The position numbers and the translations under genes are program-made. A DNA stretch of 64,000 bases from Mobula hypostoma (lineage: Eukaryota). The DNA lies in assembly GCF_963921235.1 (NCBI RefSeq), contig NC_086107.1:93188001-93252000 (forward strand), written 5' to 3'. This document shows, in pieces, positions 37,701-50,004 of the stretch. The notes under the pieces were generated by a model, which saw only the letters and a list, made by a program, of their open reading frames with translations, had not been told where the DNA came from and did not search any database. Position 1 is the stretch's first letter, and each line of letters starts with the position of its first letter.

Positions 37701-38893
37701 TGAGTCATGTTGAACCAATCTTATAGGGTGTTTTGAGGAAGTTACCAGGAAAGTTGATGAAGGCGAGGCAGTGGATGTGTCTACATGGAGCTATGCAAGA
37801 CCTTTGACAAGTCCTGCATGGGAGGTTGGTGATGAAGATTCAGTTGCTCGGCATTCAAGATGAGGTAGTAAATTGGATGAGACATTGGCTTCGTGGGTGA
37901 AGCTAGAGAGTGGTAGTAGATGGTTGCCTCTCTGACTGGAGGCCTGTGACTAGTGGAGTGCTGCAGGGATCAGTGTTGGATCCATTGTTGTTTATTGTCT
38001 TTATCAATGATCTGAATGATAATGTGGTTAACTGGATCAGCAAATTTTCAGATGACACTAAGATTGGTGGTGTAGTGGACAATGAGGAAGCTTAATGCAG
38101 ACAATTGTGAGTGGTTGCACTTTGAGAGGACAAATCAGGGTAGGACTTACATGGAGAACGCAAAGGCACAGAGGAGAATGGAAGAACAGAGGGATCTAGG
38201 AAAACAGATCCATAATTCCCTGAAAGTGGCTTTTAACAGTTAGATAGGGTTGTAAAGAGAACTTTTTGCACATTGGCCTTTATAAATTAAAGTACTGAGT
38301 ACACGAGATAGGATATTATGTTGAAGTTGTATAAGATGTTGGTGAGGCCTAATTTGGAGAATCATGTGCAATTTTGGTCAACTACCTACAGAAAAGATGT
38401 AAATAAGATTGAAAGTGTACAGAGAAAATTTACAAGGATGCTGTCAAGATTTGAGGACCTGAGTTATAGGAAGAGATTAAATAGGTTAGGACTTTATTCT
38501 GTGGAGTGTACATGAATGAGGTGAAATTTGATAGAGATATACAAAATTATGAGGGGTATAGGTAATGCAAATGCAAGCAGGCTTTTTCCACTGAAATTAG
38601 GTGAGACTAGAACTTGAGATCATGGGTTGAGGGTGAACGGTGAAATGTTTAAGGGGAACATGACAGGGAACTTTTTCACTCAGTGAGTGGTGAGAGTGTG
38701 GAGTGAGCTGTCAGTGGAAGTTCAGGTTCGATTTCAACGTTTAAGAGAAATTTGGATAGATACATAGATGTGAGGTGTATGAAGGGCTATGCTCTGGGTG
38801 CCAGTCAATGGGACTAGGCAGATTAACAACGTGACATGGTCTAGATGGGCTGAAGGGTCTGTTTCTGTGCTGTAAGTGTTCTATAGCTCTATG
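34722..38893 (+). mobile_element. Near full-length CR1 LINE (5' UTR, ZF/leucine-zipper + esterase ORF1, APE-RT ORF2), inactive, inserted into an older CR1 3' fragment
   Basis: ECSSCKLW..YTCRNCIQLQ; AVVHIGTNDMG; ILDLLLGNE..SNDH; SGVLQGSVL..FSDDTK; tail at 38880; the host CR1 resumes at 38893-39170. Confidence 0.92.
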
Positions 38894-39189
38894 GGTGAGT
38901 CTAAGATCCAAAGACACAGCCTCAGAATAAAAGGATGTCCCTCTAAAACTGAGATGAGTAAGAATTTCTTCAGCCAGAGGGTGATTAATCTGTGGAATTC
39001 ATTGCCATAAGCATTGGATGTAACTAAGGAGGAGATTAATAGGTTCTTGATCGGTAAGGGAGTTAGGGTTTAAGGGTAGAAAGTGGGAGAATCAGCTAAT
39101 GTCAAATTGCGGAGCAAACTCGACGGGCCGAATGGCTTAATTCTACTCTTATGCCTCGCTGCTTATGGCCTTAAGTCACTGTGTAACTT

Positions 39190-39450
39190 AACGTGATGCT
39201 ATACTGCTCCAGCGATCGGGGTTCGCTCCCCGCCACTTTCTGCAAGGAGTTTGTATATTCTCCCTCTGACTGTGAGGAATTCCTCGGGATGAGTTTCCTC
39301 CCACATTTTCCAAAGGGTTCGTGAGTTGTGCGCGTGCCACGTTGGTGCCAGAAACTAACTGCCCCCCTCCCCAACCCCAGCACGTCCTCAGAATGTGTTG
39401 GTTGTTGATGCAAACACGCATTTCACTGTGTGCTGACAAATGGAGCTGAT
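39190..39450 (+). mobile_element. V-SINE
   Basis: GGGTTCGCTCCC B box; GGAGTTTGTATATTCTCCC. Confidence 0.75.
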
Positions 39451-39753
39451 AACTGCACCTTTAAATCCCAAAGCAGTCCGGAGACTGTAGTACCGTGGTC
39501 TTGCAGGAGAGGGCGCCAGACACCAGGGAAACAGTCTGAATCTTGCCGGGTGAGCTTCGGCAGCTTGGCTTTAATTCTCCTTCAGTCCCTGTCCGAGTGA
39601 ACCGACAAGCCCCAGCATAACTCTGAGGAACAGCTTTTCATAGAGCCATCGTTATACAGGAAACAGGCCCTTCGGCCCATCTGGTCCATGCCAACCAAGA
39701 TGCCCATCTGAGCTAGTTCCATTTGCCCACATTTGACCCATATCCTTCTAAAC

Positions 39754-39833
39754 CAAGGGTACCCAACCTGGGGACCATGGACCCCTCGATAAATTCCAGG
39801 GGTCTATGGCATGAAAAAGGTTGGGAATCCCCA
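39754..39833. mobile_element. 80-bp hAT-type MITE inside a CR1 tail
   Basis: TIR-like CAAGGGTACCCAACC / GGTTGGGAATCCCCA; imperfect 8-bp TSD TTCTAAAC/CTCTGAAC. Confidence 0.7.
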
Positions 39834-40594
39834 CTCTGAACTTTTCCTGTCCACATACATGACCGAGTGTCTTTTAGATGATGTTCATATATCTGCTACA
39901 ACCACTTCCTCTGGTAGCTCATTCCATATAGTCACCACCTCTTCTCACTGCTCCCATCGGGCAGGAGGTACAGGGAACTTATGTCCCAAGCCACCAGGTT
40001 GAGGAACAGTTATTACCCTTCAACCATCAGGCTGCTGAACTAGCGTGGATAGCTTCACTCATCTCAACACCAAGCTGATTCCACAACCTACGCATTCACT
40101 TTCAAGGGCACTACAATTTACGTTGTCTGTATTATTTATTTATGTACTTGCTCCATTTGTTTTCTTCTGCCTATTGGTTGTCAGTCTTTGTTTGTGTGTA
40201 GCTTTTCACTGATTCTATTGTATTCCTTTATTTTCCTGTGAAGGAAAGGAATCTTTTGTGTCTGTGTCGACATGAACACACTTTGATAAGAAATCTACTC
40301 TGAACTTTGAACTGTGAACCCTCTGGCTGAAGAAATTGCTTCTTGGGCTCCCTATAAATCTTTCTCCTCTCACCTTAACCCCATGCCCCTTTAGCTATTG
40401 TTTCCTTTTGTCCAGACTGTATGCATTCACCCTATTTATGACCCTTATGATTTTATACACCTCTGTAAGGTCACCCCAAAGTCTCCTACTCTCCGAGGAA
40501 TAAAACCCTAACCGAACCAACCAGTCCTTATAACTCATTCCCTCATTCCTATCAACCTCTCACCGGCTCTCCACGTCTTCGATCACCTAAGCAA

Positions 40595-41790
40595 TAGCAA
40601 TCAGGCTACTGCTTACAGATTACAGCTGAGCGTTCAACACCATCGTACCCTCAGTTCTAATTAATAAGCCCCAGATCCTGGGCCTCTGTACCTCCCTCTG
40701 CAACTGGATCCTTGATTTCTCATCAGGAGATGACTGTCTGGTCGGGTGGGAAATAGCATCTCCACCTCGCTGACTATCTACAGCAGCATGTTTCAAGGGT
40801 GATTGCTCAGCCCACTGTTCTACTCTTTCTACGCCAACAACTGTGTGGCTCGGCACAGCTCAAAGGCCAGCTGTAAAGACATGACCGTCGTCGGCAGTAT
40901 TTCAGATGGCGACGAGGAGGCGTACAGGAGTGAGATAGATCAGCTGGTTGAGTGGTGCTGCAATAAGAACCTTGCCGTCAACATCAGTAAGACCAAGAAA
41001 TTGTCTCTGGACTTCAGGAAGGGGAATTCAAAGGAGCACACACCAGTCCTCATCGAGGGGTCAGCAGTGGAAAGAGTGAGCAATTTCAAGTTCCTGGGTG
41101 TCAAAATCTCTGAAGATGTATCCTGGGCCCAACATATTGATACAATTACAAAGACACGACAGTGGTCGTATTTCGTTCGGAGTTTGGAGAAGCTTGGTAT
41201 TGTCACCAAAGACACTCATGTATCATGGAGACCATTCTAGCTGGCTGCATCGCCATCTGGTATTGGGGAGGGGGTGAGGGGGGCTACTGCACAGGATCGA
41301 AATAAGCTGCAGAGAGTTGTAAACTCAGCCAGCTCCATCATGGCCACCAGCATCCAAGAGATCTCCAAGGATAGCTTGCGTAGCTTGAATTTCCAGCGTC
41401 TGCGGATTTTCTCATGTTCGCTTTCATCTTCAAGGATCAATGGCTCAAAGAGCAGCATCCATCATTAAGGACTCACATCACCCAGGACACGTACTCTTCT
41501 CATTGCTACCATCAGTAAAGAGGTACAGGAGCTTGAAGACACACACTCTACAATTCAGGAACAGCTTCTTCCCCTCTGCCATCTGATTTCAGAATGGACA
41601 TTGAACCCGTGAACACTAGCTCACTACTTTATTTTCTCTTTTAGCACCACTTATTTAATTTTTTAAAAAATATGTATACTTCTTACTGTAATTTACAGTT
41701 TTCATTATCATGCATTACAATGTACTGCTGCCAGCTAGCTACAAATTTCATGACATACGCCAGTGATATTCAACCCGATTCTGATTCAGA
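40595..41790 (+). mobile_element. Rex1/Babar LINE RT C-half and 3' end
   Basis: ORF 40803-41240 LSPLFYSFY..WCCNKNLAVNISKTK..FKFLGVKIS; (ATTCTG)n tail. Confidence 0.9.
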
Positions 41791-43364
41791 GGTAGATTGC
41801 GAGGTCAAGAGCCCATCTTATCAAAGAGTCCGGTAAAACCGAGATAGAAGCTGTCCTTGGGCTTGTTATCCTCCATTCTGTTCTTGTACTACCTCAACGT
41901 ACTGATCAACTGATTGTGGGCATGCTATATCGTTGCCACACTTGCAGGCTACGCCCAGCACGTTCTTGCGTGTGCTGATTCACACCTCACTGTGTGTTCT
42001 CATGGAATAAATAAATCTGAATCCTATTCTGATGTGATGAAGCAATCTGTCTGGATGGCAATGATAAATCAATTTACCTCAATCTCAGATAGTTTGCCGA
42101 CTGCTCCCTTCCCTTCTGGAATTTGACATTGATGCGCAAGTGAAGAGCAAATCCCCAGCCCCGTGAATAAACGGTCCAGCTAGAGTGCTAGTAGGGGGGG
42201 GACAGACTGCAGAATGAGCTGTGCTGAGGCTGTGCATATGCTCTGTGAAGCACTCTGACATTCTGACCTTGCTTTGTAGCCCAAGTTAATTGATGTAATG
42301 AAAGTATTTCTTCCTGCTTGAGCCTTCATTAATTGCTTTTGCACAGAGAGACAGAGGGAGGGAGGGGGGAGAGGGGAGGGGGGATATAGAGAGTGGGAGG
42401 GGGAAGAGCAGCCAATAGGGGCATTATAAACACAAGTCATAGTGCATTACACCACGAAAACAGGCAATTCGGCCCATCTAGTTTGTACTGAACTCTTATT
42501 CTGCCTAGTCCTCTTGGCCACAGCTCTCCTATCCATGTAATTATCCAACTTGTCTTAAACATTTAAGCTGAACCCACACCCACCATTTCTGCTGATAGCA
42601 CAGGATGATCCTGTGTGATTCTATGACTCAAATGGGCAAAAGAGGACGAGAGAAGTAGGTAAATGGAGGGATGGAGTGAATTAATTAATAATCAGAGGGA
42701 ACGGGACAGAAATGATAGCACAACAGTTATGGAGAAAGAAACTGTTGAACATCATCAGAAAGATGCCTTACTTTTCAATTAGTGTCGTACTGTCACGGAA
42801 AGAATGTGTGAAATCATGGAGGTGAGGAATAAATAGAGGGAGGAATGGATAGAGGGACGGAGTTAGGGATAGATAGGTGGAGTGAGGGGAGGGTGGGGGA
42901 TGGGATGGAGGAAGGATTGGTAGGATTGGAGGAAAGGATAATGGAGGGATGGATGGAGAGGGATAACGGGGGGAATGGAGGGAAATAGGTGAAGAGTTGG
43001 ATGAAGGGGAGCGATATAGAGAGAAGGAGGCATAAATGGAAGGAACGGAGGGCCTGACCGTGGAAGAGGGCATGGCCTTGGAGTACAAGTACATCACTTT
43101 AGAACAGAGATGAGGAGGAATTTCTTTAGCCAGAGGGAATTCATTGCCACAGGCAGCAATGGGGGCCAAATCATTAGATATAGTTAAATCAGAGGTGGAT
43201 AGGTTCTTTGTTAGCAGGGGTATCAAAAATTACAGGGAGAAGGCAGGAGAATGGGGTTGAGAGAGATAATAAATCAACCAGGATGGAATGGTGGAGAAAA
43301 CTCGATGGGATGAATTCTGCTCCTACGTCTTATGAACTTAGGGTCCTATGCAAACAACGGAAGG

Positions 43365-44545
43365 AAACATAGAAACATAGAAAACCTACAGCACAATACA
43401 AAACTTATCTCTGGCATCTCCTCTGTACCTACTTCCAAGCACCTAAAAACTGTGCCTTCTCGTGTTAGCCATTTCAGCCCTGGGAAAAAGCCTGATTATC
43501 CACATGATCAATGCCTCTCATAACCTTATACACCTCTATCAGGTCCCGTCTCATCCTCCACTGCTCCAAGGAGAAAAGGCCAAGTTCACTCAACCTATTC
43601 TCATAAGACATGCTCCCCAATCCAGGCAACATCCTTGTAAATCTCCTCTGCACCCTTTCTATGGTTTCCACGTCCTTCCTGTAGTGAGGCGACCAGAACT
43701 AAGCACAGCATTCCAAGTGGGGTCTGACCAGGGTCCTATATAGCTGCAACATTACCTCTCAGCTCCTAAACTCAATCCCACAGTTGATGAAGGCCGATAC
43801 ACCGTATGCCTTCTTAACCACACAGTCAACCTGCGCAGCAGCTTTGAGCGTCCTATGGAATCGGACCCCAAGATCCCTCTGATCCTCCACACTGCCAGGA
43901 GTCTTACCATTAATACTATATTCTGCCTTCATATTTGACCTACCAAAATGAACCACCTCTCACTTATCTGAGTTGAACTCCATCTGCCACTTCTCAGCCC
44001 AGTTTGGTATCCTACTGATATCCCATTGTAACCTTTGACTGCCCTCCACACTTCCGCAACACCCCCAACCTTTGTGCGATCAGCAAATTTACTAACCCAT
44101 CCCTCCACTTCCTCACCCAGGGCATTTATAAAAATAACAAGGAGAAGGGGTCCCAGAACAGATCGCTGAGGCACACCACTGGTCACCGACCTCCATGCAG
44201 AATATGACCTGCCTACAACCACTCTTTGCCTTCTGTGGGCAAGTCAATTCTGCATCCTCAAAGCAATGTCCCCTTGGATCCCAAGCCTCCTTACTTTAAC
44301 AATAAGCCTGGCATGGGGTACCTTGTAAAATGCCTTGCTGAAATCCATATACACTACATCTACGGCTCTACGTTCATCAATGTGTTTAGTCACATCCTCA
44401 AAAAATTCAATCAGGCTCGTAAGGCACGGACTGCCTTTGACAAAGCCATGCCGACTATTCCTAATCATATTCTGCCTCCCTAAATGTTCATAAATCCTGC
44501 TGCATCTCAGGATCTTCTCCATCAACTTACCAACCACTGAAGTAA
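43365..44545 (-). mobile_element. Young CR1 LINE, same subfamily as 13081-14290, with a deletion of ~195 bp near its 3' end
   Basis: HGFVKGSPCLTSL..YMDFSKAF; KFADRTK; (GAAACATA)n tail. Confidence 0.95.
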
Positions 44546-45113
44546 GGAGGGAAAAGTGGACTTAGATCTAGTCAAGATGGTGCCAAGCTGTGTCCTCTGC
44601 TGTGTTTGTGGCTTAGACTTAGTTGCTTTTTAAGGTTTTATGGGTTCGTAGGGATGGTTTTGGGGTCCAAGAATGTAGTTTGGGGTCAGATTAGGGTTTA
44701 GGGACAGGGATGTGGGGGAGTTAAAGGTCAGGCTGATATCTAGGCCTCTGCCCCATGTTCGAAGGCCAGTGATATGGGAGTGGAAAGAAGGGAATTCTTG
44801 GACAGATGTCAGGCAGACAGACCAGTGAGGATGAACGCTGGTTTCTCCATCACCCCCACACTGTCAGTTCTCAGGTTCTTGGATCAAACTTCTGTGCAGG
44901 CAAGAGGCACAAGAGCCAGTAACCCCTCCAGGTACACAAGTCGGCAAGACCAGAGTCAAGGCCTAGTGTTCTGGGTCCCATCATCGGTGAGTCTGAATTT
45001 CGAGGCCTAGAATTTGAGGCCCTCATTCATTATCATTGGTGAATGCTGGGGCTGATATCGAAGATCGAAGCCCGAAGATTAATCAGAAGTCCAACAGTCG
45101 AGGCCTGAAGGCT

Positions 45114-45425
45114 GGAGGCCCACGGCTACGAATCTCTGTGAGTCCACTGGAGAAGTCAAAGGCCCGATGCCTATGAATCTCTGCTAGTCTGTTGGAGAAC
45201 TGGAAGGCCCGATGCCTGCGAATCACTGTTAATCCACTGGAGAGGTCGAAGGCCCGATGCCTGCGAATCACTGTTAATCCACTGGAGAGGTTGAAGGCCC
45301 ATATGCTGCGAATCTCTGTTAATTCACTGGAGAGGTCGAAGGCCCATAGGCTGTGACTTTCCGTGAGTCCGCTGGAGAAGATGACAGTGCAATGCCTGGA
45401 AATCTGCCAGTCCACTGCAGAAGTC
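45114..45425. repeat. 45-bp minisatellite, about 7 copies
   Basis: Unit GAAGGCCCGATGCCTGCGAATCACTGTTAATCCACTGGAGAGGTC. Confidence 0.9.
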
Positions 45426-46854
45426 ACAGAGAAGCCATTTCCCGCCACAGATGCTGCTCGACCTCCTGAGTTGCTCCCGTATTTTGTGTGTTGCTCCAGA
45501 TGCTACTATCCACAGCCTACTGGGTCCCTGTATTGCATGATCAACTGGTCTTCCTGCGTTGGTGGCAATTCAAAGGTTTACTATGGGCATGATGAAAGAC
45601 CGAACAGGATGGGCTCATATCCCCTGGGCTTTAGGTGGGGGAGGGGCAAGAGGAGACTTGATTAAAATTTAGAGAACAAGAGGGTCATGGTTTAAACTTG
45701 AGGAGTGACCTATTTAAGACTGAAGTGAAGCAAATATCTCTTCTCACACTTTTAACCTACTCTAAGATCAACCTAACCCCTCCATCCCATGTAACCCTCC
45801 ATTTCTCTTTCATCCAGGAGCCTTCCTAAGAGTCTCTTAAATGTCTGTAATGTAACTGCCTCTACCACACCACCCCCTCCCCCCGGCAAGATGATCCATG
45901 TTCTCACCATACCCTGCTAGAAAAAAATCCTACCTCAGACGTTCCCCCCACCAACTCTGCTTTCCGCCAATCACCATTAAGTTATGGCCCTTTATATTCG
46001 CCCTGGGAAAAAATGATTCTGGCTGTCCTCTCACTTCAAAGGATGAAAGATGAGTTTCTGAATATATTTAAGACAGAGTTAATTAGATTCTCAATCAACA
46101 AGTGAATGAAGGATTATCAGAGATGGACAGGGAAGCATATTTGATGCTGCACCAGGTTCAACTGTGACCTTACAGAGTAAATTCAAGTTCAATAAACAAT
46201 AGACTCAGGCTTGATCGGGCTTGAAAGGCCGAGTGGCCTACTCCTACTCTTAATTCATAATGTTTGCATGACCTTGGCCCTTCCAGCAAGGTTACAAGCA
46301 GGGTAACAACCAATAGATGTGGGATCATAATTAGAGACATTTTGGAGCCTGATTAGACCGAGGTTGTCAGTCAGCCTTGATACGACAGTTGCCTTGAGAG
46401 CGGCGGAGATGAAAGGAATGAAACAATTATAATTAATATAAACATCCAATGTCCTTCTGACCTTTCCCTGAGCAATTAACACTGCGCAATTTGCCTTTGA
46501 TTATGAGCTGCTGTAATCTATTATTTAGCAAGAAGTGACCCTACTGTTTATCAGCCTAACGCTCGGCTCAGTGTTGGGATCACACTTCCAATCTTTGAGT
46601 ACAGCTGCAGGCTTTTGATGGTCTGTCTGAAGGGTTGCCAGGAAGTTATATTATTAACCTGGTGCAGAGATAATTCAGTCCTTTCATGGAGGTGTGAGCT
46701 GGTGTGGCTTCTTCAGAAATGTCATGGAAGGAATTTCAAGTTGATGGGTTCCACTGTCTTTTGAAGAACTGGGTTTCTGCGTGGAACCTACCTGTAGTAT
46801 CAGCTTTGACTCCACTAGATGGTTCTCTTAACACAAGGCTGCGGCCACTGACTG

Positions 46855-47760
46855 TGCAGTGTGGTAGCGTAGATCTCCAGTGCCAGCAATCACCAGTAGG
46901 AGCTCAGTTCCCACTACTGTCTGTAAGGTGTCTGCATGTTCTCCCCGTGAGCCGTGGGTCTCCTCCAGGTGCTCCAGTCTCTCCCACGTTCCAAGGGTGT
47001 ACGGGTTAGCGTTAGTGAGTTATGGGTGTGCTATGCTGGTGCCAGAACTGTGGTGACAGCTGCAGGCTGGTCCCGGCACACCTGCGGATGGTGTTGGTCG
47101 TTGACGCTGATGACGTATTGTATTTCATCGCGTGTTTCGATGTGTTTTTTTAGATTATGAGAACACTCAGTCCTCTTTTATTGTCATTTAGAAATGCATA
47201 CATGCATTAAGAAATGATACAATGTTTCTCCAGAGTGATATCACAGAAAACAGGACAAACCAAAGACTAACACTGACAGAACCACATAATTATAACATAT
47301 AGTTACAGCAGTGCAAAGCAACGCCATAATTTGATGAAGAACAGACCATGGGCATGGTAAAAAAAAGTCTCAAGTCCCGATTGACTCCCGAGTCCCCGAT
47401 AGCAGCGGCAAAAGGGAGAAACTCCCTGCCATAAACCTCCAGGCACCGTCAACTTGCCGATGACTTGGAAGCAGCCGACCACAGCCGACACTGAGTCCGT
47501 CCATCCGAAAACTTCGAGCCTCCGACCAGCCCCTCCAATACAGCCTCCCGAGTGCCATCCTCTGCCGAGCGCCTTCGACCTCGCCCCGGCTGCCGAAACA
47601 AGCAAAGCCGAGGATTCGGGGCCTTCTGCTCCGGAGATTCCGGTTACCACACAGTAGCAGCGGCAGCGAAGCGGGCATTTCAGAAGTTTCTCCAGCTGTT
47701 CCTCTGTACTCTCACGTCTGTCTCCGTCGTTTTGATGTGCATGTGACAAATAAAGCCAGC
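46855..47760 (+). mobile_element. V-SINE whose tail is split by the 47150-47728 insert
   Basis: V-domain at 46920-47010; TTTCGATGTG|insert|TTTGATGTGCATGTGACAAATAAAGC. Confidence 0.8.
47150..47728 (-). mobile_element. Young short non-autonomous retroelement, 5'-truncated copy
   Basis: Reverse complement of ~48122-48708. Confidence 0.85.
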
Positions 47761-48005
47761 CTTTCTCTAATCTGTCTCTCTTTCTGCAATTCCTGGCTAA
47801 CTGAAGGTATGCTGCAGTGTCAGAAACGTTTCCTTTGCTGTAATCCAGAGCCCAGGCTGATGGACTGAATTTATCCCACAACACAAGTTCAGAGAAAGGT
47901 TAGAGATTCAAGTCTCAGTGTAACGATCGATATTTCCAAAGTGCAATCACAACTGATTATTGTCCCCTTGCTGGGATCTTGCTGTGCAAAAATTAATTTT
48001 ATTTG

Positions 48006-48708
48006 TTAGGTGGCGACGAGGAGGAGGGAGGAGAATATGGCGGCGCAACGCAGCGCACACGGCCACTTCAGTGGTAATCTCTGTTATTTGTCAATTAGGA
48101 GACCGTGCACAATTCTGATTTGATGGAGACAGTCATGAGAGTACAGAGGAACATCTGGAGAAACTTCTGAAATGCCCGGTTCGCTGCCGCTGCTACTGTG
48201 TGGTAACCGGAATCTCCGGAGCAGAAGGCCCCGAATCCTTGGCTTTGCTTGTTTCAGCGGCTGGGGCTAGGTCGAAGGCACTCGGCAGAGGATGGAGCTC
48301 AGGAGGCTGTATCGGAGGGGCTGGTCGGAGGCTCGAAGTTTTCGGACGGACGGACTCAGTATCGGCTGTGGTCAGTTGCTTCCAAGGCATCGGCAAGTTG
48401 ACGGTGCCTGGAGATTTATGGCAGGGAGTTTCTCCCTTTGCCGCCTGCTATCGGGGACTCGAGAGTCGATCGACTTGGGACTTTGAGCCTATTTTTTACT
48501 GTGCCTATGGTCTGTTCTTCATCAAATTATGGTATTGTTTTGCACTGCTGTAACTATATGTTATAATTATGTGGTTCTGTCAGTGTTAGTCTTTGGTTTG
48601 TCCTGTTTTTCTGTGATATCACTCTGGAGGAACATTATATCATTTCTTAATGCATGCATGCATTTCTAAATGACAATAAAAAGAGGACTGAGTGTTCTCA
48701 TAATCTAA
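48006..48708 (+). mobile_element. Young short non-autonomous retroelement, apparently full length
   Basis: Head ..GGAGAATATGGCGGCG; tail AATAAAAAGAGGACTGAGTGTTCTCATAATCTAAT; possible TATTTG TSD. Confidence 0.85.
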
Positions 48709-48794
48709 TATTTGCAAAGAACTCCTTTCCTTTGCCGTGTCTGGAACTTTGCAAGATGTTTAGGGAACCCAGTTGGCAGGTCTTTCGAAGATAA

Positions 48795-49110
48795 GATTTA
48801 AGATTAGCTTTATATGTCACACACAGACTGAAACAGACTGAAGTGCGTCTGTTGTGTCAAATCGAATCACCGAGCATTCCGCTGGGGGGCAGCCCGCAAG
48901 TGTCGCCATGCTTCCAGCGCCAGCATAGCGTGCCCACAGCTCACTAACCCCAACCCATACATCTTTGAAATTTGGAAGGAAGCAAATACCCAGAGGAAAA
49001 TCACATGATGTTGGGGAGAAAGCACCAACTCCTTCCCAACAGTGGCGGGAGTTGAACCCCAATCTTACTGTTAGCCCTGTAAAGCATTGCACTAGCCATC
49101 ACACTACCAC
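48795..49110 (-). mobile_element. V-SINE with a Rex-type tail
   Basis: Reverse complement of the V-domain; (AAGATT)n tail. Confidence 0.8.
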
Positions 49111-50004
49111 ACACCACCCCCCCACCACCGTCCCACATAGAACATAAAACAGAACAGTACAGCACAATACAGACCCTTCAGTCCATGATGTTGTGCTGAC
49201 CTTTTAATCTATTCTTACCCTCCCGCAGGGCTCTCCATTTTTGTCCATTCATGGGAAATGCCAATCAGTGGAGCGAAGTGTTTTGGGTTGAGGCCCTCCA
49301 GGGGAACGTTAACTATATACTTCCCTCTACAGATGCTCCCTGAGCCGCTGAGTTCCAGATCTCAGTGTCTGTAGTTGGCTCTCTCATGTGGGGGCGGGAG
49401 AGATTTGGCATCGTGTTCAACACAGACATCGCGGGCCAAAGGACCCGTTCATATGCCAGTCTTTTTCTTAAGGCAAAACCACCAAAGGCTTGAAAAAGTC
49501 ATTAGCCCAGTAACCATTAGCCCATATTTCCAAGTTAGGGTGCATTCCAACTTGGTGGAAAACCAGCAGGAATAACACTCCTAAAAACCACCAGGGCATA
49601 ATATTGCCATAAACCAATAGGGCATAACATTCCCATGTATTTTCTGTGTTGGCCAGAAAGAACGACAATCGGTGAACAGGAATGGGGGCAGCCATTTTGT
49701 GAGACTATCCTTGCAGCCACTATTTTGTGAACTGTTTGAACTTATTTCTTGCTCTGGGATAATTTAATCAGAGCAAGTAGTTTTCTACCAATAACTTGCT
49801 AAAGCTGAGACCATCCTCAGACAAGTAGCTATTTATTATGTGAAGTGGAAGGCTTGCAGGAGGAACAATCAGTAATCTCGTTAGGCTCAGTGTCTGGGTC
49901 ACCTTGTTTGACTGGCTTGAACCAGTCAGAATTGAAACGAACAGAAGTCAGGAGGCTACCTTGAGAATCATTAACTTGTAGGCATTTACAGGAAAAATAC
50001 ACAG

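Noticed and set aside
42768..43226. Proline/serine-rich 152-aa ORF
   Set aside because: It is the antisense of a GGA-rich low-complexity tract joined to a CR1 tail.
45114..45425. CRISPR-like array
   Set aside because: The units are contiguous with no unique spacers, there are no cas genes, and the context is eukaryotic.
47303..48553. Duplicated ORFs (VTGISGAEGPES...) as a gene pair
   Set aside because: They lie within the two copies of a GC-rich repeat, are open on both strands and have no recognisable domain.
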